DNA of 64,000 nucleotides from Candidatus Thalassarchaeum betae (GTDB lineage Archaea; Thermoplasmatota; Poseidoniia; Poseidoniales; Thalassarchaeaceae): NCBI GenBank assembly GCA_003193925.1, contig PSPG01000006.1, positions 1 to 64,000 of the forward strand, read 5' to 3'. Shown piece by piece: positions 22,669 to 29,475 of this stretch (position 1 is its first letter; each line of letters starts with the position of its first letter). The notes under the pieces were generated by a model. It saw only the letters and a program-made list of their open reading frames with translations, ran no database searches and was not told where the DNA came from. The position numbers and the translations under genes were made by a program.

Positions 22669-23082
22669 ATGGGTTTGACGCTAGCACAACTCACACAGGC
22701 CATACGACGCAAGGTCGACATCGACATGGAGACTATCGTGGCCGAGTCGATCGCCGAGCACGCCCTCGGCTTCTTCGGCTTCTCGAACCGCATCATCGAC
22801 AACGCCCTCGAGCCCACCGACCGCAACCTGTTCTACCAGTTGCAGGACTACGACCTGCTCACCACCGAGTCTGAGGAAACCACCCTGTGGGACGGCCGCG
22901 AGTGGAGGATTCACTACTGGAAGTTCAAGGCCAGCGCAGAGGAGTTTGCCCGCATGCCGGTCGATGACGATAAGTCCGACGAGGAAGAGGACCCGTACGC
23001 CCACATCTACGAGGATGTCCCAGTCTCGCTGTGGCGCGAACGCTCCGGTGAGGATGACGACTACGAAGAGCCCCTGTTCTGA
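22669..23082 (+). CDS. Conserved Thermoplasmata-type hypothetical protein (DUF6015-like)
   Basis: GFFGFSNRIIDNALEPTDRNLFYQL...DGREWRIHYW; GGAGG SD site; family recalled, not searched. Confidence 0.65.
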   Translation: MGLTLAQLTQAIRRKVDIDMETIVAESIAEHALGFFGFSNRIIDNALEPTDRNLFYQLQDYDLLTTESEETTLWDGREWRIHYWKFKASAEEFARMPVDDDKSDEEEDPYAHIYEDVPVSLWRERSGEDDDYEEPLF

Positions 23083-23129
23083 GTAGCAACGTCCCCATTG
23101 TTTCATATCTCCGGGGGAGAGGCACTCCC

Positions 23130-26100
23130 GTGCCTCGCGCGAACGCCGCCGTAGCCGTACTGGCGATCCTGCTTCTCAGCGGGCCCGCTGCCATGGTCGG
23201 CGCTGCCGAAGACGACACTCCGACGACCTGCACCGTGCTGGTCGACTGGGATGCCGAGGAGCACTGGGACAGCGGCTGGAACATCACCTACGACGTCCTC
23301 CACCGATACCGCGTCGTCTTCGACCCGCCGTTCACCAACGGCAGCACGCCAAGCGCCCTCACCGTCGACGTACAGCACCTCCGCGACGGCGAGGTCATCG
23401 CCACCACCTCGAACGCCACAGTGGTGAACGCCGGCGGCGAGGTCGATGTCATCATCGACTCCGAGCCGGAGTTCAGGGACCGTATCTCGGTTTCGGTCGA
23501 GACCGGCGAGGCGAGCTGCTCGCGAGCCCTCGACATCACCAACTGGAACCAGCCAATCGCCGACCACGAGATAACCCGCGAGACCACGTGGTCGATGGAA
23601 GGCGCAGAGGACGGCCAGGGCATCGAGTTCGAGGGACGAGGCTGGCAGAAGAGGACCGGCAGCATCCTCGAGTCCAACGAGCTCGGCAACGGCACCTTGA
23701 CTCTTGATGCCATGAACGGCTCCGAGGGCCTGCAACTTGAACTCAACCTCGACAGGATCTGGCTCAACGAGACCTACGACGGCAACGAGCTTCTGCAGCA
23801 GGACTTCGAGATGAGCGGCAGCGGCTCGCTCTACCTCAACACCTCCGAACAGGGCGAGGAGGGCGAGAGCAGCGGCTTCGAGGTCCAGGTCCAGGTCAAC
23901 GACGTCTACGTACTGCGCTCCTGGTCCGGGGGCGAGCTGACCGAGAGGTTCAGGATCGACGGCACAGGGTGGCTCTCATTCAACGGAGGCGACAACAACA
24001 GCAGCGGCGGTGGTTTCGGCCAGTTGTCGACCTTCTACTTCGAGACTTGGGACGAGGACGACCGCAGGCGCCTTCAGCACCTCCAGATCGAGGCCAACGC
24101 CACGCTCCGCCTCAATGGGGGGGACAGAGACTACTTCTCCTTCGACCTCGATGAGTTCAGGATCCTCGAGCGCTGGGAGGACGGCATCCGGGAGCAGCAG
24201 CACTTCATGATACTGGGAGGCGGTGAATTCAGTTTTGAGATAAGGGACGAGTTCTTCCAGGTCGATGTAGAGGGCACCATCCCGGTGATACACTTCGAGA
24301 GCCAGGGCGGCGAGACCGTAGCGGAGACGATCCGAGTCGACGGCACCTACGACGGCGATGCCGCGGGCAGTTTCGGACTAATCAGAAGGATCGTGGACTC
24401 CGGCTCCCAGGAGAACGCGACCGGAGCCATGTTCGAGGTGGACAAGATCGAGAACGAGTTCTGGTTCAACGTCTCGGCCACCCCGATCGGGCCGATTACC
24501 GAGGAGTGGCAGGCAGAGCACAACCTGACCTACGAGTTCACCGTCCCGCAGACGGACTGGGGCAACCGCACCATCCGCTACCAATACATCGAGGACAACG
24601 GCACGGTGAACAACGAGTACCCCGAGCTCTCGCCGATCATCATGCAGGCTGAGGCTCCCGAGGCCGAGGTCATGTTCGAGAATCACATCTCGAGGGAGAC
24701 CGGCGCCGCCCCCGAGATGGTTCTCGTCGGTGACCGCTTCTCTCTTGTGGGTAACGACGCGATGATCCTCGCCATCCAGGTGACCGCCATCGTCGTCGAC
24801 GAGATGGACGGCCACACGGTCGAGGTCGCTGAGTGGCTGGGGGACTACGGCGAGAACAGCCACGCCTCGGGCAGCGTCGTCAATGAGGGCCCTCTGGCGG
24901 GCCTGCTCAACGAGATCCACCGCTGGGTAGAGATCCAATTGGGCGAGAACGGCTCAATGGGCAAGGACATCGCCTTCGTAGAGCACCAGATGGTGGACAG
25001 GGTCCTCTCGCCCTCGGTCATCACTGCCGAGGAGAACACACCGCCATCGATGATATCCATCGGCTTCCGGGAAGGCGGACTGCTGACTGAGGGCGACTCG
25101 GCGCACCTCGAGGTCGTCGTGGACGACTTCGACACCGATGTGACCGATGTCACCGTCGATCTCACTCAGATCGGCCTGGGGATAGTCGAGCTGTCAGATT
25201 CCGGTCTGCTCGGCGACCACACCATCCACGACGACATCTGGACCGCGCTGATTACCCACGACGGGCTGGAGCACGGCCTGATGGAAGTCACCGTGGGGAT
25301 GGAGGACATCTGGGTCTACGTCGAGGAGGAAGCCGCGCTCGAGGTGACCAACGCAGCTCCCAGGATGATGTCACTGGTCTTCACACCCGACTCGGTCAAG
25401 CGCGGCGATCCGGTCGGGGTGAGCGTCACCGCGGTCGACGGCCACGGAGTGGAGTCCGTTGGAATCGACTTGCTGAGCGCTGGCGGTGAGCTGACTTCGC
25501 TGTCCGAGTCCGACGGCGTCTGGAGCGGCCAGTTCACAGTGCCCTACGGAATGTCCCCCGGTGAGCGAACCATCCCCGTGCGAATCACCGACGGGGACGG
25601 AGGAACCACCATGGCAGTGCACGTGCATCCCAACGGGTATCCAGTGGAAGCTCCGACACTGACCATCGAGAACGAGGCCCCCTGGGTCAGCTCGGTGACC
25701 GTGATGAGGGACGGTGAGCAGGCCGAGACGATTCACGCGCCCGACGGGGGCGATCCGATCACGCACACGCTGGAGGCGACCATAGAGGACCCCGACGGCG
25801 TCTCCTCCGCCCAAGCGAGGATAGGCAGACTCGCTCCTATCGGGAACTCCGACAAGTGGCTTCTGATGGTCGATGACGGGAGCAGTGGCGACAGGGTCGC
25901 CGGCGATGGCGTCTACACCATCCAGTTCGATGTCCGAGCGAGTCTGCCCGAGGGCGACATAACGATCCAGATCCGCGCTACCGACACCTACCTGTCGATG
26001 ACCCCGGATGCTCTGCAGAGCCATATCCTACAGTTGGAGAAGATCGACTCCGGTGGAGGCGGAAGCAGTTGGATAAGCGACAACGCGACGACCTTGGTGT

Positions 26101-26177
26101 TCATCGCATTGGCTCTGCTGCTGGTAGTCGGAATCACAGCGGTCGCTGTGTCTTTGCGGAACTCTGAACTTGAGTAA
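23130..26177 (+). CDS. Large acidic secreted/surface protein with choice-of-anchor-X-like motifs and C-terminal TM anchor
   Basis: Signal peptide; many N-x-S/T sequons; LSDSGLLGDHTIHDDIWT and MVDDGSSGDRVAGDGVYT motifs; C-terminal TM helix. Confidence 0.8.
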   Translation: MPRANAAVAVLAILLLSGPAAMVGAAEDDTPTTCTVLVDWDAEEHWDSGWNITYDVLHRYRVVFDPPFTNGSTPSALTVDVQHLRDGEVIATTSNATVVNAGGEVDVIIDSEPEFRDRISVSVETGEASCSRALDITNWNQPIADHEITRETTWSMEGAEDGQGIEFEGRGWQKRTGSILESNELGNGTLTLDAMNGSEGLQLELNLDRIWLNETYDGNELLQQDFEMSGSGSLYLNTSEQGEEGESSGFEVQVQVNDVYVLRSWSGGELTERFRIDGTGWLSFNGGDNNSSGGGFGQLSTFYFETWDEDDRRRLQHLQIEANATLRLNGGDRDYFSFDLDEFRILERWEDGIREQQHFMILGGGEFSFEIRDEFFQVDVEGTIPVIHFESQGGETVAETIRVDGTYDGDAAGSFGLIRRIVDSGSQENATGAMFEVDKIENEFWFNVSATPIGPITEEWQAEHNLTYEFTVPQTDWGNRTIRYQYIEDNGTVNNEYPELSPIIMQAEAPEAEVMFENHISRETGAAPEMVLVGDRFSLVGNDAMILAIQVTAIVVDEMDGHTVEVAEWLGDYGENSHASGSVVNEGPLAGLLNEIHRWVEIQLGENGSMGKDIAFVEHQMVDRVLSPSVITAEENTPPSMISIGFREGGLLTEGDSAHLEVVVDDFDTDVTDVTVDLTQIGLGIVELSDSGLLGDHTIHDDIWTALITHDGLEHGLMEVTVGMEDIWVYVEEEAALEVTNAAPRMMSLVFTPDSVKRGDPVGVSVTAVDGHGVESVGIDLLSAGGELTSLSESDGVWSGQFTVPYGMSPGERTIPVRITDGDGGTTMAVHVHPNGYPVEAPTLTIENEAPWVSSVTVMRDGEQAETIHAPDGGDPITHTLEATIEDPDGVSSAQARIGRLAPIGNSDKWLLMVDDGSSGDRVAGDGVYTIQFDVRASLPEGDITIQIRATDTYLSMTPDALQSHILQLEKIDSGGGGSSWISDNATTLVFIALALLLVVGITAVAVSLRNSELE

Positions 26178-26204
26178 TGGTACGAGTGCCGGGATTTGAA
26201 CCCG
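26178..26204. repeat. 27-bp direct repeat (att site): duplicate of the tRNA-Gly(GCC) 3' end
   Basis: TGGTACGAGTGCCGGGATTTGAACCCG is identical to 27810-27836. Confidence 0.95.
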
Positions 26205-26339
26205 CATCGAGGCGGTCCCGTCGAGGCCATCCTGCCGGGCTACGCCGGCGCCATCCGTGACGCCCTCGAGGCCGGTGACCTCGACGCCGTGCGCCGGATG
26301 CTCGACCTCCTCGCAGCCCTGGGGGGTGAGCCGGCTTGA
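26178..26339 (+). CDS. C-terminal fragment of the att-split gene (WYECRDLNPHRGGPVEAILPGYAGAIRDALEAGDLDAVRRMLDLLAALGGEPA*)
   Basis: Open frame through the att repeat with strong GNC codon bias; same frame as the fragment starting at 27627; has no start codon of its own at the 5' end. Confidence 0.6.
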   Translation, partial: WYECRDLNPHRGGPVEAILPGYAGAIRDALEAGDLDAVRRMLDLLAALGGEPA

Positions 26340-26341
26340 CC

Positions 26342-26530
26342 TCAGTCCCTGACCATCGACTGGTTCAACCTACCATCTGGACCTATGACGACGTCGCCGA
26401 CCGGTCGCCATTCAAGTCTGATGAGGTCGTTGACCAGAGCGTCCAACACGGCCACCAGCTGCACGCTGTCCTCTTCCACCCCAAGGCCCCCTTTTTCGCG
26501 GGTTCCCGCAGTCACCGTCTTGTACTCCAT
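26342..26530 (-). CDS. 62-aa protein, DUF1737-like
   Basis: MEYKTV...LDALVNDLIRLEWRPVGDVV...NQSMVR pattern; stop is convergent with the split-gene stop, 2 bp apart. Confidence 0.55.
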   Translation of the reverse strand: MEYKTVTAGTREKGGLGVEEDSVQLVAVLDALVNDLIRLEWRPVGDVVIGPDGRLNQSMVRD

Positions 26531-26568
26531 CAAGCCGCACACTCTCTGTCGGTTGAAGGAGGCATCGC

Positions 26569-27147
26569 ATGAGCGAGGCTCTGGCAGCCTGGAACGGCTA
26601 CGTGTTCGACCGCCCACGATCGCCTCGCTGGGAGGGCGTCTATCCCGGCCCGGAGATGGCGCTGCGCCGGCTGCTGTGGGCTCGCCTGCTGTCGCAGGTC
26701 GACAAGCGACCCAGCAATCTGGCCGCTTATCCAGCCCTACACCAGGGAACGGCTCCAGGAGACCAGCACCATGAGCGCCAGGACTGCCAGACAACCCCCC
26801 AGGAGTCGCCCCAACGGGACGCTGTCCAAGCGGCTCGGTGGTTCGACATCGGTTCGGCCCGTCACAGGCGGCACCCCCATCATGCCACGCGGAGGCGGCC
26901 ACGGTCCTTCAGACCCACCCCTTACCTTGACCCTCATGAGAGAGCAACTGAGAACGCATCACCGAGGACCGAGAGGGGTACTCCAAATCCCGGCGTTCGC
27001 ACCCGAGCCAGGAGGTGGTCGGGTGAATCAGGTGGGAGTGAGGGATTAGCAAGTGCAACAACCGACAACCGACCGATGTCTATCGAGTCTATCGCGCACC
27101 AGCCCCGGGTCCCTCAGCCCCCAAGCCCCCGGGGCAACCGGCGATAG
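26569..27147 (+). CDS. Orphan protein of the integrated element (192 aa)
   Basis: AAGGAGG SD site upstream; stop codon overlaps the SD of the next ORF; C-terminal half looks low-complexity/disordered. Confidence 0.45.
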   Translation: MSEALAAWNGYVFDRPRSPRWEGVYPGPEMALRRLLWARLLSQVDKRPSNLAAYPALHQGTAPGDQHHERQDCQTTPQESPQRDAVQAARWFDIGSARHRRHPHHATRRRPRSFRPTPYLDPHERATENASPRTERGTPNPGVRTRARRWSGESGGSEGLASATTDNRPMSIESIAHQPRVPQPPSPRGNRR

Positions 27148-27160
27148 GAGGGAGGTTGGT

Positions 27161-27502
27161 ATGAGGATAGCGGCAGTCCCCCCGATCCGCTACCTGCGGA
27201 CGGACTCGACGGGGACCGCGATCGTCGGCCTGCCACCGCTGCGCATCACCCAGGAGTGCGCCTCGTGCCACGCCTGGCTCGATTTGTCCGCGTACCGCAC
27301 CCTGGCGGCTGCGTGCCGCTCGTGCGAGGCTGTTGAGGTGGCGGGCCGCATACAACCGACCGCCAGCCGACAAGCAGGAGGCGGCCCTGCCGATACGAGC
27401 CGGTCAAGGGCAGTTCAAAAGCCCTCCTCCGGGCGTCCCATCGCGTGCGCGGGTGAACCCCCCACTCAACCAGCCGTCAACCCGGCGTCAAAGGCACCTT
27501 AA
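27161..27502 (+). CDS. Putative zinc-finger protein of the integrated element (113 aa)
   Basis: GGAGGGAGG SD site; CASC-x15-CRSC. Confidence 0.6.
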   Translation: MRIAAVPPIRYLRTDSTGTAIVGLPPLRITQECASCHAWLDLSAYRTLAAACRSCEAVEVAGRIQPTASRQAGGGPADTSRSRAVQKPSSGRPIACAGEPPTQPAVNPASKAP

Positions 27503-27626
27503 GGCGAAAAACGGGACAAACTCAGCGATTTCGAGGACCGTGGCGCGAAGTCCATAGGCCCACACTGTCCCCGGTCCGACTCGACACCGCCAGCCGCGGT
27601 CATCCGAAAGCAGGAGAACGACGAAC

Positions 27627-27836
27627 ATGACCCCGACTGATGACTCACACGACCTCACGCCGCCGATCACCTACGCCGCCTGCGAGTCGAGCGTGGGCGA
27701 TGTCCTGGTAGCCAACTTCCACCCGGTCGGCAGCGACGGACGCAGCCGCCCGCTCTGGTTGAATCGGGGTGCCCTGCACCGCGGCGCGGCCACTGCCGTG
27801 GCAGGCGGTTGGTACGAGTGCCGGGATTTGAACCCG
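27627..27836 (+). CDS. N-terminal fragment of the att-split gene (runs into the tRNA antisense; stop at 27863 in the integrated state)
   Basis: AGGAG SD site upstream; MTPTDDSHDL...AVAGG-WYECRDLNP reads through the att repeat. Confidence 0.6.
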
Positions 27837-27886
27837 GGTTCAGGCGTTGGCAACGCCCGGTGATAACCACTACACTACACTCGTGC
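27810..27886 (-). tRNA. tRNA-Gly (GCC)
   Basis: GCACGAG/CTCGTAC acceptor stem, anticodon arm GGCGT-TGCCA-ACGCC, GGTTCAAATCC T-loop, encoded CCA. Confidence 0.95.
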
Positions 27887-27930
27887 GGGCTCGGGGAAAC
27901 GAGGCTCGCTTTTCTAAGCGTCGGTAGGCC

Positions 27931-28290
27931 TCAGTCCAGCGCCTCGAGGTGGGCGCGAATCTTGTCACGGGTCTGCCTGTACAAGGCGATACTCCCGCCC
28001 ACGGGATCGTCCAGCCCCCAGTCCCGGTCCATCGGCAGGGCAGGGCACTCCACGCCGCAGCCCATGCTGATGATTCGGTCGAAACCGGTCCCTTCGATGT
28101 CGTCGACCGACTTCGGGTACTGACCGCTCATGTCTATTCCCAGTTCGCCAACGACCTCGATGGCCTCTGCTGCCACCGCACTTCCCGGTCTAGTGCCTGC
28201 AGACACTGCCTCATGCCCCATACGGCTGGCCAGAGCCTCTGCCATCTGGCTGCGGCAGGTGTTGCCGACGCATACGAACAATAGGCGCAT
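27931..28290 (-). CDS. arsC: Arsenate reductase / low-MW protein tyrosine phosphatase family
   Basis: FVCVGNTCRSQMAEA, SAGT, MGCGVECP, WGLDDP. Confidence 0.85.
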   Translation of the reverse strand: MRLLFVCVGNTCRSQMAEALASRMGHEAVSAGTRPGSAVAAEAIEVVGELGIDMSGQYPKSVDDIEGTGFDRIISMGCGVECPALPMDRDWGLDDPVGGSIALYRQTRDKIRAHLEALD

Positions 28291-28400
28291 GCTATGCCTG
28301 TGATGTTCAGGATTAATGAACTGAACCGCAATATTCCCTTGAGACCCAACTGCGAGCGGATGAACAGGGTTGAAGTACGCCTCATGCCGCCATTGGCTCA

Positions 28401-29414
28401 ATGGCAGATTCACCCATCAGCCACCACTCAGGGGGCAGCGGCGAGCAGCCTGCCGAAGCCGATGCTTCGTCCGAACAGCGCGCACAGATGGAGCAGGCCT
28501 ACCAGCAGATGCAGCGCAAGCTCAGGATAACCAAACTCGACGAGGAAATCAAGTACAAGGTCATGGTGCTGTCCGGCAAGGGCGGCGTAGGCAAGACGAC
28601 GGTTGCGACCGGACTAGCTCTCTCATTCGCCCGCAGGGGGATGAAGGTAGGCCTGATGGACATCGACATCACTGGGCCGAACGTTCCCAAGATGCTGGGT
28701 CTCGACGATACCGACCTCAATGTCGAGGACGGCCAGATATTCCCAGCAATCGGCCCACACGGCATCAAGGTCATCTCGATGGCGTTCCTCATCGAGAACC
28801 CTGACAAGCCGGTCATCTGGCGCGGGCCGATCAAGCTCGGAGCCATCCAGCAGTTCATCGGGGACGTCGCTTGGGGCGAGCTTGACGCCCTCATCGTAGA
28901 CTTTCCTCCCGGCACCAGCGACGAGCCTCTGACAGTCAGCCAGAACCTGCCCGGAATCGACGGCGTGGTCATCGTCACCACGCCGCAGGAGGTCGCCCTG
29001 CTCGACAGCCGCAAGTCGATCAACTTCGCCAAGACGCTCTCGGTCCCCGTCTTGGGCGTGGTCGAGAACATGAGCGGCTTCACCATCCGCGGGACCGCCG
29101 AGCCCAATTCACAGGTCTCGGTCATTGGCCCGGTGGGGACTCCTCTTGAGGCCAATACGGACGAGGACGGGAACTGGTCGCTCACACTAAACATCTTCAA
29201 GTCCGGAGGCGGCGCCTCCGCAGCCGGCGAGATGCAGGTACCCTTCCTCGGCGCTCTGCCCTTCGACCCCGGCATCGTCAGAGGCGGGGACGACGGCGTC
29301 CATCGCATCATCGCCGAGCCGGAGGGCGAAACTGCGATAGCCTTCAACGCAATAGTGGACAACGTGTTGGCTGCTCTTGAGAAGGGCGCCGGAACGTCGG
29401 TCCGCATAACATGA
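28401..29414 (+). CDS. Mrp/ApbC/NBP35 family P-loop ATPase (no cysteines)
   Basis: SGKGGVGKT, DIDITGPN, VIWRGP, DFPPGTSD, VTTPQ, VENMS. Confidence 0.9.
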   Translation: MADSPISHHSGGSGEQPAEADASSEQRAQMEQAYQQMQRKLRITKLDEEIKYKVMVLSGKGGVGKTTVATGLALSFARRGMKVGLMDIDITGPNVPKMLGLDDTDLNVEDGQIFPAIGPHGIKVISMAFLIENPDKPVIWRGPIKLGAIQQFIGDVAWGELDALIVDFPPGTSDEPLTVSQNLPGIDGVVIVTTPQEVALLDSRKSINFAKTLSVPVLGVVENMSGFTIRGTAEPNSQVSVIGPVGTPLEANTDEDGNWSLTLNIFKSGGGASAAGEMQVPFLGALPFDPGIVRGGDDGVHRIIAEPEGETAIAFNAIVDNVLAALEKGAGTSVRIT

Positions 29415-29475
29415 CCGCGGTTTTTCGGGAAGGGTCGATTTCATGGCACACTCGCGACCCGAATAGGACAGGAGC

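Larger units (their letters stand above)
26178..27836. mobile_element. Minimal tRNA-Gly-integrated element (1,632-bp unit) with no recognisable integrase
   Basis: Flanked by 27-bp direct repeats matching the T-arm-to-CCA part of the tRNA; contains only small orphan ORFs. Confidence 0.85.

Noticed and set aside
26178-26204. Second tRNA-Gly gene
   Set aside because: Only the 3' 27 nt are present; there is no anticodon or D arm, so it is an att duplicate.
26178-27836. Classical SSV-type split integrase or a provirus
   Set aside because: The reconstituted ORF is only 114 aa with no tyrosine-recombinase catalytic motifs, and no capsid, terminase or polymerase genes are present.
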